A stretch of DNA of 63,305 nucleotides, counting the filler, from Saprolegnia diclina VS20 (Eukaryota), in NCBI RefSeq assembly GCF_000281045.1. It is 8 parts of one record of this genome, joined end to end, with 100 filler letters (N's around TTAATTAATTAA, not from the genome) between each part and the next. Parts side by side here need not be neighbours in the genome. Positions count along the whole stretch, not along the records: positions 42,505 to 47,216 come from NW_008246111.1; positions 47,317 to 56,248 come from NW_008246111.1; 6 more parts are not named here. One strand, written 5' to 3'. Shown here in pieces: positions 45,291 to 56,348 of the stretch. Within the stretch, counting starts at the first letter, position 1. Each line of letters opens with the position of its first letter. A program made the position numbers and the translations under genes. The notes beneath the pieces are model-generated. The model did no database searches. It saw only the letters and a program-made list of their open reading frames with translations, and was not told the DNA's origin.

Positions 45291-46274
45291 ATGGTGGCGA
45301 CGACGTTCTTTATTGCTTCGATGCTGGCGTCCGCGAAGGCCATCGACTACCTTGGCGGCTTCATCGAGCCTGCGCACAAGCAGTGCGTCGATATTTGCAA
45401 GAATTCGAACCCGAAGCCCGGCTGCTTTAACCCCGCGGACGACTGCCACACCAAGCTCCAGCGACCGGGTGACTATGATTACTTGGTCTTGGACCAGATC
45501 TACGCNNNNNNNNNNNNNNNNNNNNNNNNNNNNNNNNNNNNNNNNNNNNNNNNNNNNNNNNNNNNNNNNNNNNNNNNNNNNNNNNNNNNNNNNNNNNNNN
45601 NNNNNNNNNNNNNNNNNNNNNNNNNNNNNNNNNNNNNNNNNNNNNNNNNNNNNNNNNNNNNNNNNNNNNNNNNNNNNNNNNNNNNNNNNNNNNNNNNNNN
45701 NNNNNNNNNNNNNNNNNNNNNNNNNNNNNNNNNNNNNNNNNNNNNNNNNNNNNNNNNNNNNNNNNNNNNNNNNNNNNNNNNNNNNNNNNNNNNNNNNNNN
45801 NNNNNNNNNNNNNNNNNNNNNNNNNNNNNNNNNNNNNNNNNNNNNNNNNNNNNNNNNNNNNNNNNNNNNNNNNNNNNNNNNNNNNNNNNNNNNNNNNNNN
45901 NNNNNNNNNNNNNNNNNNNNNNNNNNNNNNACTACGACCGCGCGGCGGCCCAGTACTTTCGTGCCGTCTTGAACGCGAGCGATCGCGTGGCCGAGGCAAC
46001 GCAGACTATTAGCGACTGGGCCGATGCGGGTACGGCTCCTATGGTCAATGACATTGCGCAGTTGTATCCGGCGAACGTCAACATCTTGTGCTCCAAAGTC
46101 GCTGGTGAAGCGCCGAACCGCCTCGTCGCTGTCCGGACTTGCTGGGCCAAATCGTCGCCGAGTACTGGTGGCTCTTTCATGGTTGCCGGCCCGCCCGCCA
46201 ACTGCACTGGTGCTCTTACGACGACATGCGACGCATCCCAGCCGCTCGACTTGGCCGCCTACCAGCTGTTTTAA
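45291..46274 (+). CDS. secreted ribonuclease T2-family protein (catalytic middle in N gap)
   Basis: Signal peptide; DYDYLVLDQIY (T2 first strand); YFRAVL; VNILC...LVAVRTCW. The catalytic His motifs are not visible. Confidence 0.65.
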   Translation: MVATTFFIASMLASAKAIDYLGGFIEPAHKQCVDICKNSNPKPGCFNPADDCHTKLQRPGDYDYLVLDQIYXXXXXXXXXXXXXXXXXXXXXXXXXXXXXXXXXXXXXXXXXXXXXXXXXXXXXXXXXXXXXXXXXXXXXXXXXXXXXXXXXXXXXXXXXXXXXXXXXXXXXXXXXXXXXXXXXXXXXXXXXXXXXXXXXXXXXXXXXXXXXXXYDRAAAQYFRAVLNASDRVAEATQTISDWADAGTAPMVNDIAQLYPANVNILCSKVAGEAPNRLVAVRTCWAKSSPSTGGSFMVAGPPANCTGALTTTCDASQPLDLAAYQLF

Positions 46275-46968
46275 CACTGCTGTTTTGGTAATGCGGCTTC
46301 AAACTGCAGGGATGTATCGGAACTACTGGTACTTGTGGAGTCACGAGTGACCAAACTCCCATTAGGTCGTACATAATGAAGAAAATTAGCGTCTCAGTGA
46401 TTGCAATTGTTCGTGGAGCTGCCCAAGAAATCAAATCCGCGGTTGATGCGGCAGCGACAAACACAATGGCAGGTGCGAAGCGCGTACAGTATTGACAGTA
46501 TTGACAGTGCTTAATAATGTAAAAGCACTGGGGCATGATGACCTGCATATCGAAAGTACTATAGTCATGTACCTTAACATCGGGGATTGTCTGTTGGAAT
46601 TGTCAAGCCAATATCACGTGCAATAACTTCGCAGGGGACACCCTGTCATTCATTAGCTACTCTCGACGGCCACCGCGTCGCCACAGACCTGAATGGTCAC
46701 GCAGCAAGATTGACATATTTCGATCATTGTATACCTGATCGCTGGTGCCAATCGTATCTTTCGAACGACTATCTTCGAAAGTTAGCTACGACAGTCAAGA
46801 TAGAGTGTACTTCGTTCTTCTATGCAAACCTCAGTGCCATACAAAGCCGCCCACAACAACCGCAACAACGACTCCACTTCATTCATCTTGCAATTTGCAA
46901 CCCCGAGAGTACATCGCGTTCTCTGTTCCGTCCGTCGTCTGTGACCCACCTTCCGTCGTTTATCCACT

Positions 46969-47216
46969 ATGAGACTCTCGCGTGTTGCTGTTGTCGGCCT
47001 TCTCTTCGTCGCTGCCCGTAATGTCCATGCTCAAGATACGAGCGCCTCGGCCAACAACATCAACGACAACGCCAACACGGCCACCAACATCTTCGACGAG
47101 GCCATTACCACGACATCGTCGGATGCTACGCCGGCGCCGGTGCTTGAAGTCATCCAGGCGGCGATTGAAGCCGGTGCCACTCCCCAGCAGGCCGCTGTCA
47201 TCGCTGTCGCGGCCGA
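46969..47216 (+). CDS. N-terminus of a secreted low-complexity protein; truncated by gap
   Basis: Signal peptide MRLSRVAVVGLLFVAARNVHA, then N/T/A-rich sequence; Inr/FPR-like motif near 46879-46897. Confidence 0.6.
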
Positions 47217-47325
47217 NNNNNNNNNNNNNNNNNNNNNNNNNNNNNNNNNNNNNNNNNNNNTTAATTAATTAANNNNNNNNNNNNNNNNNNNNNNNNNNNN
47301 NNNNNNNNNNNNNNNNAAGAGCAAC

Positions 47326-49015
47326 ATGACGAAGGCGCCGACGACGACCAAGGTGTTTGCCGTCAACGATACGGTGCTTGTGCGCCATGGCGTGCAGATC
47401 TACGACGCGCGCGTGCTGCGCCTGGACCCGGACAGTACGTGGCGCGTGGGCCCTTCCTGGCTAAGACCGGCGGTGTAGGCGCTACGCCGCAGTACTTTGT
47501 TCACTACCTCAAGTGGTCGAAAAAGTGGGACGAGTGGGTCGGGCCCGAGCGCGTGCTTGACACGAGCGAGGCCTCGCGCACGCTACAGAAGCAGGCCAAG
47601 GACGACGCGGAGAATGCTCCCAAGGTAGCCGACGACGTATGGGAAAGGACGAGGCTCACGTATGGAGAAGGGCGCGGCAAAGAAACGTCTGGCGGCGAAC
47701 GGCCCGCTCCCCAAGCAAGGTGCCAGCAAGAAGCACAAGGTCGAGAACCCTTTCGAGGCCATCAAGGTCGAAGGCTCGCACGAACTCGAAGACGTACAAC
47801 GCGCGCGACCGCCGTATGCTCTAACACCGCGTGTAGTTGGTCGCTGCTGTCGACGTGCAGATCCCGATCCCGATTGCGCTCAAGAAGATCCTCGTCGACG
47901 ACTGGAAGGTACGCTTTCGCCTCGTCGTTTGCTATGTTTCGATCAGAAGCGCGTAGAACGTTACGCAGCAAGAGCGCTGGATTGAGCTTCCTCGCAAGAC
48001 CCCCGTGTCCAAGGTGCAGTCAATAAGACTTTGGTTGCCCACAATTCCGTAGATTATCGACGACTTTTTGACCCAAGGCGAACTCTCGGAGAAGCAAGTG
48101 ACCGAGCGCGAGGTACCAACGTCGCGTCCCTTCTGCATCACAACTCACTTGCGTAGTCGACCAAAGAGATCATCAAGGGGCTCGTGACGTACTTCAACAA
48201 GGCCGTGGGGTGTATTCTGCTCTACCGCGATGAGCGGCCGCAGTACGATATGATCCTGGCCGCCCACCCCGAGACGTACAACGGCTTGACGCCGTACTTC
48301 CATGGCACTCATGGAGCCGTAGACCGCTGGCGACGATCTATGGAGGCGAGCACCTCCTCCGGCTCTTTGGTATGACTTGTGGGCTGTCGATCACCTGTAT
48401 CGAGGGGTTACGTAGCGCGACTGCCGCTGCTCGTGTCGTGCGTCCAAGCCAGTCTCTCGGCCGAGGTCCGACCGCCACTCGATGGATATATCGATGCCAA
48501 CGCCACTGACTCTAGGACAGCCGTTTGATTCAAGCGACGATGGTGCAGCTGCTCAAGTTTTTGCAAAAGCGCAAGCAGCAGTACTTTCTTCCTGCCTACA
48601 CGGGTATTACGTTCATTGCCCACGACTTGGACGAGGTGTTGACGCCGCTGCAGACGCCAGCACGTTTACGCTTCCGACGGAAGAAGAGTCGGCCAAGGCC
48701 GAGGAAGCAGCGCCCGAGGTGACGGCCAAGCCGGCCCCGAAGAAGAAGGGCGGCAAAAAGGCGCCCGCGAAGAAGTCGGCCAAGGCAAACGGCAAAGCGA
48801 AGAAGGCTGAGAGCAACGAGGCGGACGAAAAAGCGACTTCTCCGAACGACGGACAATCGGACGGCGAGAAGCCGACGGTCGACGCCGTCGAGGGCTCGGA
48901 GAGTGCCGATGCCGCGGAGAAGGTCGACGAAGCGACCGAGGAAGTCGCTACGGCACAGGAGTCCGCCCCGACGACCGAGACGGCGGCTGAAGTTACGTCG
49001 ACGCCAGTCGCGTAA
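47326..49015 (+). CDS. EAF3: chromo-barrel + MRG domain protein (NuA4/Rpd3S subunit), 9 introns, K/E/A-rich tail
   Basis: IYDARVL..YFVHYLKWSKKWDEWV (chromo-barrel); LKKILVDDW, YFNKAVGCILLYRDERPQY and IYGGEHLLRLF (MRG). Confidence 0.9.
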
Positions 49016-49255
49016 GATAACAACAAGTGACGTGTAAAGGCGGGTGCCTCTCGTAGCAGTCCAGCGCTCTGCAACGACGACGATGGCGGCTGTTGTGAGC
49101 AGCGTGTCGTGGTGAAGGCATCGAGTGCCGAATGAACTATTCGTCTTGACGATGCGACTTGTATTCGGTCGGCGCGACATTATGGCAGCAGGCAGTTGGG
49201 ACGTCGCCAGTGTATGTTATGGGACTGGGATTGGTGGGGATATCTCTAGTACTCG

Positions 49256-50201
49256 TTATTTCTGCTTGTCGCGGAGGATCTCGGATGCTTTGTTCATCCC
49301 ACTCACGGTCGCTTTCGCCGCACGGTCGGTGAGTTGGTACTTATCGTTCACGATAGTCGCGTGCTTGATGCCGCTCTCGAGCAGCCTCGCGGTCGTGTCC
49401 TTGATCTGCTCCGAGTGAACACCTTGTCCATCTGATTCGACATGTCGAAGAAGCTACTACCTTGTACTTGGCATCGAGGTCCTGGGCTGTCGCGACTGCG
49501 CTCTTGGCCGCGCTCTTGACGCGGTCCGTCACGTGGTATGTGTTGTTGATGACCTTGGCGCTCTCATACGACGCTGCCACGAGGTTGCCCGTCGCGCGTG
49601 CAATGTCACCTAGGAGGGAACACCAGCGTTAAGCTTGCATATCACCAGAGAGAATCGTTGGTGCAGTAGTACCTGTCGCCCCGTTCTTTGTTGTCAACAC
49701 AGCGCCGCCGACCGCGCCGGCCATGAGCCCCAAGGGTCCTGCAACGCATAGCCCGAGGCCAGCGCCGGCCACAGCCGACCCGAGCACGGTCTTACCACCG
49801 CCCGCCTTGTGCACGCCCTCTGCCCAGACAGCTAGTACATAGCGTAGACGCGGAACATGTTGCGTACGTGTTGCAGCCGACTGCGCGGCCATAGCCGTCT
49901 GGAGTGTCCGCGGTGTGATTTCGATGCGTGGCGCCTCCCGTTGTTGGAGAGCGAGGCGTCGGTCGAGGCACTGCTGCAGCGCATTGGCCACGCGCACCTT
50001 GCTTGTCGTGTCCTCTAGAGACAGAGTTTGGGCATGAAACGCCGCCGAGTACGAATGTATACCTGGTGCAATGGACGCATATTGCTGCTGCAGCGCTTGA
50101 ATCGCGTCGTCGTAGTAGGCAATGGCGGCCTCGCGCTGGCCGGCCTCGTCGGTGGCTTTGGCACGTTCGCACAATCGTTGAATGGAATCGTTGGTCGACA
50201 T
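49256..50201 (-). CDS. MIT-domain protein with Gly-zipper hairpin and C-terminal amphipathic repeats, 4 introns
   Basis: RAKATDEAGQREAAIAYYDDAIQAL (MIT-like); AVAGAGLGLCVAGPLGLMAGAVGG; repeated (N/D)xxY(H/K/Q)(V/I/L)xD units. Confidence 0.7.
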
Positions 50202-50418
50202 CAATAAGATGAAATGTCCAAGAGGTCGAGCGGGCAATGATGGAGCCGTTTGGAGCGTTATCTGCTATCCGCCATGCTGTCGGTTTGCACCCGAAAACGA
50301 TGGACAAGCGCATATTGATACATTGATAATTCCAGTCCACAAGGATTCCTCGCCGACGTCCAAGTGCATGAGAAACCGTCTCGAAGTCGAGTTGCTTTGG
50401 CAACGAGGCGACCGAGTA

Positions 50419-50580
50419 CCAGCTTCAATGCATGTGTTGTTGACATCTCTTGCATCAAGCCGCAACAATGAATTACGTTATACAACTATTCGTACTAGTT
50501 GTACACGTCCTAGTTGTTTTACGTAATTCATTGTTGCGGTTTGATGCAAGAGATGTCAACAACACATGCATTGAAGCAGA
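50419..50580. mobile_element. fold-back element / candidate MITE: 67-bp inverted arms, 22-nt spacer, possible TA TSD
   Basis: 50422-50488 vs 50511-50577 are reverse complements with 3 differences; TA at 50417-50418 and 50581-50582. Confidence 0.6.
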
Positions 50581-51578
50581 TAGCACGTCCACACTTTTTG
50601 CTTTTTGCGCAACGCAAAAAACCGTCGGTGGTCGCGACAACAGAAGTACCCTGGTGCAGAGGGCACCATGTGCCTGATGTCGTCACCGTGACCCCAACAA
50701 ATACGACTGTCGTCGTCCAAGTCCAAAAACGTGCTGAGGAAAGGGTCGTTTTGAATCTGAGTCCATGGGCCAAGATTCGACGCCAGATTCCTTGACACAG
50801 TCCAAAGCTCCAAGCGTCCGCTTTTGGTTTTCAATGAGCTGCAAGTGGCATTGCATTGAAATGGTTCCTTTGCAGGGTTGCACCGCACCACCTTTGGTGA
50901 AGCTCATTCTGCTGTCCCCTTACTACCAAATGAGGGACCACCGGAATACGGACTCGTTGCGCCGTCTTCGGACGGCAAAGTTGCTTGAACGCTCGAAACA
51001 GTTGAGACGAGAAGGGGCACACGACACCCACGGCGCATGTGACGAGTACAAATGAATTATCAACGCACGGACTCTAGTCACGCGGGTCTTGACATTCCCG
51101 AGCCCAAAAGGAATGTCCACGAGACCACCGAATCTGATTCTATCGTCGGAGCAGGCACAACCAGATTCCGCAGCAGCGGTACTTATTGAATGTGCTGTCC
51201 ACATCACATGTGAGAGTGATCCCACGGCGGAGCCAACGACGGCATGCCGGCATGCATGCCAACCGCGGCAGAAGGTCTGTCGCCGGAACAACCCAATGTT
51301 CTAACACTGTTATGTTTGGGGACGACGCCGTGTTATAACGTATGTCGTCACCACAAATGCAGCACGGTCGCGCCACGGCAGCTCGTTGTTCGTTCCAGAA
51401 TTCACTTCGGAATTCAATGCTTTTGGTTGCAGCGTGGTCGCACCCATGCTAATGGGTTCCATCAACCACGCCAGTGCGGTCCTCAGCAATCCTCCCAAAC
51501 GACTGGTGTCGGCGCCTCGATTCACCACGTATAGGAGGCCGCTGGCGAAGATACAGACGCCGCTATTCCACGCATTTG

Positions 51579-51780
51579 ATTGGCCTATAATGGGATGTAA
51601 AGCGCTATGATTGGTGCATCGAAACACAAACCATTTGATTCGTGGAGAAAAACAGCCCACGCGTTTGATTGGTCTGTCCTTGGACATTTCGCGCGACACG
51701 TGAAGATTGAAGTTCATTGGTCCATGGTTCGCCACAAGGTATATGATTGGAGCATTCCAGAACACGCGCGATCGGATTGG
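51579..51780 (-). promoter_or_regulatory. array of six reverse CCAAT boxes upstream of the phosphate transporter
   Basis: ATTGG at 51579, 51610, 51668, 51716, 51746 and 51776. Confidence 0.55.
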
Positions 51781-52005
51781 TCGACACGGGTGCCGCGCCT
51801 CGATGCGTGTCGCTTACCCTTTCATCAACACCTTGTCTCACCCAGGGCGAGCCGACGTGACATCTTGGCCAGATTCGACTGCATACTAAGACCGAGTGGT
51901 GTGAATGTGGCAGCCCAAGGAGCTTGCTGGAGCATGGGTTGCGAGATCCAACCACGAATCGAATGCACCACACGGCGGCTTGTTTCGGAAGCTGCGTTCT
52001 GTTTT

Positions 52006-52019
52006 TCATTCACCAATTT
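52006..52019 (+). promoter_or_regulatory. oomycete Inr+FPR core promoter
   Basis: TCATTCACCAATTT closely resembles the TCATTYYNCAWTTT consensus, 32 nt upstream of the ATG. Confidence 0.65.
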
Positions 52020-52037
52020 CACTCGTCCTCCGCACCG

Positions 52038-53414
52038 ATGGTGAACAAGTTCTTCCTCCGCGGTCTCGGCTTCTTTAACGATGCGTACGATCTCTCGGTC
52101 ATCAACATCGTCAACGTCATCTTGGAGCACCAGTACGGCAAGAGTGTCTTTGACAGCTCGATGAAGTCGAACGTCTCGACGTCCGCACTCATTGGCGCCG
52201 TCCTCGGTCAGCTCGTCTTCGGCGTCCTCGGTGACATGTACGGCCGCAAGAACTGCATGATTGCGACGTGTGCGCTCCTCATCGTCGGTGGTATCCTCTG
52301 TGCGGCGGCCTACGGCGGTTCGGCCCTCGGCACGCTTTGGTTCCTCGTCGTTGCCCGTGGTGTTCTCGGTTTCGGTATCGGCGGCGAGTACCCGCTCGCG
52401 GCGTCGTCGTCGTCGGAAGATGCCACGTCGCCCGCCGACCGCAACCGCCGCGTCTCGCTCACGTTCTCGCTCCAGGGTGTCGGCTTCCTCATTGCTGGTG
52501 TCTTTGGCTTGATCATGGTCAACGCGATGGACCCGACGACCCAGAACCTCGAGATCATGTGGCGCGTGCTCTTTGGCATCGGTGTCCTCCCGGCGCTCTT
52601 CCTTGTCTACTACCGCATCACGGCCGAAGAGACCCAAGCGTACAAGACGATGATGGCTGAAGAAGTCCACGTCCAGAAGATCCGCTGGTCGTTCATCCTC
52701 AAGCACTACGGCAAGAGCCTCCTCGGCACGGCCGGCACGTGGTTCCTCTTTGACATTGTGTTTTACGCGCAAAACCTCTTTACGGCGTCGATCCTCTCGG
52801 TGATTGGCGCCAACTCGACGCTCCACACGATCGCGCTCCAGAACGTCTTGATCTCGCTCGTGGCGCTGCCGGGTTACTACGTCGCGTGCTTTTTCATCAA
52901 CAAGATGGGCCGCAAGCGCATCATGCTCCAGGGCCTTATCTGTATGACGATCATCTTCCTTGTGCTCGGCATCTGGTGGGACACGATCAAGGACCAGAGC
53001 GCGGTCTTCATCATTCTCTTTGGCTTGACGCTCTTCTTCTCCAACTTTGGCCCCAACATGTCGACGTTCGTCATGCCCACGGAGATGTACCCGACGGCCA
53101 TCAAGAGCTCGTGCCACGGCTTCTCGGCCGCCATGGGCAAGGCCGGCGCTGCTGTCGGCTCATACGGCTTTGCGCGCTGGGTCGACAACCCGAGCTTTGG
53201 CTACGTCGGCACGTGGTACACGTTTGCCGGCATCTGTTTGGCGGCGCTTGTCCTCACGTGGTTCTGCATGTTTGACAACAACGAGGAGGCGAGCGTCATG
53301 GACAACGCGTTCAAGGCCAAGCTCGCGCTCGAGAACGACGAGACGCGCAAGTCGTTTATCGCTGGCGAGGACGAGCACGACGTCGATGCTACCACCGCCT
53401 ACGAAAAGGCGTAA
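52038..53414 (+). CDS. MFS inorganic phosphate:H+ symporter (PHO84/PHT1-like), intronless
   Basis: Motifs GLGFFNDAYDL, GQLVFGVLGDMYGRK, GFGIGGEYPL, WFLFDIVFY, NFGPNMSTF and CHGFSAAMGKAGA. Confidence 0.92.
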   Translation: MVNKFFLRGLGFFNDAYDLSVINIVNVILEHQYGKSVFDSSMKSNVSTSALIGAVLGQLVFGVLGDMYGRKNCMIATCALLIVGGILCAAAYGGSALGTLWFLVVARGVLGFGIGGEYPLAASSSSEDATSPADRNRRVSLTFSLQGVGFLIAGVFGLIMVNAMDPTTQNLEIMWRVLFGIGVLPALFLVYYRITAEETQAYKTMMAEEVHVQKIRWSFILKHYGKSLLGTAGTWFLFDIVFYAQNLFTASILSVIGANSTLHTIALQNVLISLVALPGYYVACFFINKMGRKRIMLQGLICMTIIFLVLGIWWDTIKDQSAVFIILFGLTLFFSNFGPNMSTFVMPTEMYPTAIKSSCHGFSAAMGKAGAAVGSYGFARWVDNPSFGYVGTWYTFAGICLAALVLTWFCMFDNNEEASVMDNAFKAKLALENDETRKSFIAGEDEHDVDATTAYEKA

Positions 53415-54260
53415 ACAAGTCGCCTGTTAGAAACACCACTCTAGTAAAACTATAACACAATGTGTACATTATTTTAGAAACATGTGCGCTCTGTTGTAAT
53501 GAGGTCCAGGTTGCTGACGCCGAGTGGAGCAAGCACGTGTCGTGTGAGTAGCGAAATTGAGTGATACCCATGACCGTTGATGGATTTACACAGAGGTGGA
53601 GAATTTGCTAGAGATGCTCTTTTCCTGGTCAAGGTTTCTTGTCATATTCGTACGCTCCGTTTGTTGGAAACCTCTTTCTCTACTACTGGGATTTTTGTTT
53701 GATGGTCTTTATGGTCCTCTGATGCCGGTAAAATCGTGAAAGTCCAGTCCTCGCTCCTCACGAAGCACGACTTCAATTGCATCGCGTTGAGGTAGTGGCA
53801 ATCGTGTTGGTCTAAAGGTTTTAATTACCCGCGGGGACGTTGCAGTCCGTCGCAGCATGGTCAGCGTGGCCGCCAAGATCGATAAATTGGATGATCGTCG
53901 CTGCTGCTCCGACACCGCCGAGCATGCGTCGTCCATCTGAGCTATAGCATCGCCGTCCCTGCATCGCCAAAACACTGCCAGTGGGGCGAGTCGACCAACT
54001 TGTCTACTCTATTAGCAAAATACCCACTCTTGGAGCGTGTGGGCTGCAAGGAAACCGCTTGACGAGGCGCCCGATGTCCTTTCTGCACGACCTCGTCAAA
54101 GAGACGAAATGTCCACACTCTCAATCAAGACGTTCTGTTTGGTTGCCCATTCCTTGGCACAATATTGCACTGGTGCACGGACAGGTAATACTAGGAATGG
54201 GTCATTTCACCCTTTGAGAAACTTGGACGGCACGGGAAATGTTTGCAAAAATAAAAAGTA

Positions 54261-54338
54261 TGACACAAGTGGGATTTGAACCCACGCCCGAAGACTGGTG
54301 CCTAAAACCAGCGCCTTAGACCACTCGGCCATTGTGTC
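54261..54338 (-). tRNA. tRNA-Leu(TAG)
   Basis: Acceptor stem GACACAA/TTGTGTC plus A; A-box TGGCCGAGTGG; anticodon arm CTGGT-TTTAGGC-ACCAG; T arm GTGGG-TTCAAAT-CCCAC; downstream T-run Pol III terminator. Confidence 0.92.
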
Positions 54339-55318
54339 ATTTCTTGGTAAAAGTGATGAAATATGTAAATAAATAAATGATAAATAGGAAACATCAATAG
54401 TCTGATTATCGTTAAATGGATGAAATGGCGCAGGCAACCATACGGAAGGCAGGCGACAAGCCTATTGCGTTTTGAGCGCGCATCTCTCACCGTTGCGCAA
54501 ATGAGCACTTCACAATGCGATTTGACAATAATGTAAAGCAGCCGTCGGCATCTTGCGACAGTGACTTCAAGGTCGGAACGAAGGCTATTGCATTGCACAC
54601 GTTGCTAACTTGCGCGAAAACGTTTTCTGTAGACTGGAGAGATTAGCCAACACGATAGATTGCACCGCGGACTCGAAGCATCTCCACTGGTACGAGTGAA
54701 TGCGGCAGAGGTCGTCCAGCAAGCACGCACGTATCGACTTGACCCATGCTTCGTCGCCGCGTAGCGTCACCAACCCGCTCTTTGAGCTCGTGCGAGAACC
54801 AAGCATTGTTGACGTTATGTCGCCCAGGAGCGTAGTCGTATCCGATGGAACGTACCTAGTACGTACTGTAGCGTCTCTTGTGTCGTTGAGCCCTGTGGCA
54901 CTGCTTAGCCCTTACAAGATGCTCGTGGGAACGTCGTCTATCGAGGAATTGCTAGGTATCACCAATTACTTAAAGCGTATTTTGGTGGTAGTCCTGGTGC
55001 TTCGAGTTCGTTGATGATCAACTCTCTTCATATAGAGCTGATTGCGTTACAACGAAATGAACGGCATCCATAGTCCGACATCGCTTCAAAAGTGGTATAA
55101 GTGTACGAGTTGGATCCAAAAAGAGCCAAAGCCGGTGGCGTCTCGTGGTCTGAGACCTACTATCACCCATACTGCCTCCCATTATTCGACTGCGACGTGC
55201 ATGGAGAGCCAGGCACCGTACATTCCACCATCACACTCTCGATACGTTGTGGTGCCATTACGTTCCATTCCCCAGTTCATTCATTCTTCGACTTGATCAT
55301 CGTCGTCGTCGTGCAACT

Positions 55319-56248
55319 ATGGGTCGAGCGACGACGTCCGTTTGTCTGTTTCTTGCTTGGAAAGTGGCCGACGCGCTCGATCAAAACGACCCAACGCTGC
55401 CAACCAAGTCGGGCGTCAAGATGTGGGTCGACGTCGAGACTCCGGACGAGTTTCACACAATGACGAGTTCTCGGGGCGATCCGTGGGACTTGGTCATGAG
55501 CGACGAGTTCAACTTGGCCGGCCGCAACTTTACGGCCGGCCATGACCATCTCTGGGTCGCCCTTGACATTCCCGATGGCGTCAACCGCGCTGTGGGCGTC
55601 TACACCCCCGAGAATGCGCTCACGGTCAATGGCACGTTTCAGATCCGCGTCGACGCGACTGAGACCAACGTCACGTACTACAACGTGTGGTCAGATGCAC
55701 CGTCATGGACGACCAAGACAATGGTACATATTGTCTACATAGTGTTGGTGCATGCAACTAACCTGTCGACTAGTACTATCGCGCGGCCATGATGCAAACG
55801 TGGAACAAGTTTTGTATCCAAGGCGGGTTTGTCGAGATTTCAGCCAAGATGCCTGGTGCGACCCGTGCGTCGATGAACCCCCATATCACGGGGAAGCGCT
55901 GGGACGGCAACCTCCAACGCGATATGCCCGTGCAGTTCCTCGACCGCATCCCCGATATCAAGTTTTACCCGACGTGGCCGGGTCTCTGGATGATGGGCAA
56001 CCTCGGTCGCGCGCTCTTTGCGGCATCGACCAACCGCATGTGGCCATGGACCTACAGCGAGTGCGACGAGCGCTACGATTCGTCTCAGCGCATTAGCGCC
56101 TGCAACCCCAACCCCGGCTACGGCTTGCACCCGAACATGGGCCGCGGGTCCCCCGAGATCGACATTCTCGAAGGCGGCGGCAGTGACATCTCGTCGTCTC
56201 TTCAAATCGCGCCGGGCATGCCAGACGAGTACCGGTTGGTTACGGCCA
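55319..56248 (+). CDS. KRE6/SKN1-like beta-glucan synthesis-associated GH16 protein, copy 1 (3' truncated by gap)
   Basis: WVDVETP, WDLVMSDEFN..GRNF, MMQTWNKFCIQGG, WPGLWMMGNLGR and GRGSPEIDILE. Confidence 0.9.
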
Positions 56249-56348
56249 NNNNNNNNNNNNNNNNNNNNNNNNNNNNNNNNNNNNNNNNNNNNTTAATTAA
56301 TTAANNNNNNNNNNNNNNNNNNNNNNNNNNNNNNNNNNNNNNNNNNNN

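Noticed and set aside
42505..47216. Idea that the C-terminal fragment at 42505 and the secreted N-terminal fragment at 46969 belong to one gene family
   Set aside because: Compositionally compatible, but there is no shared sequence to demonstrate it.
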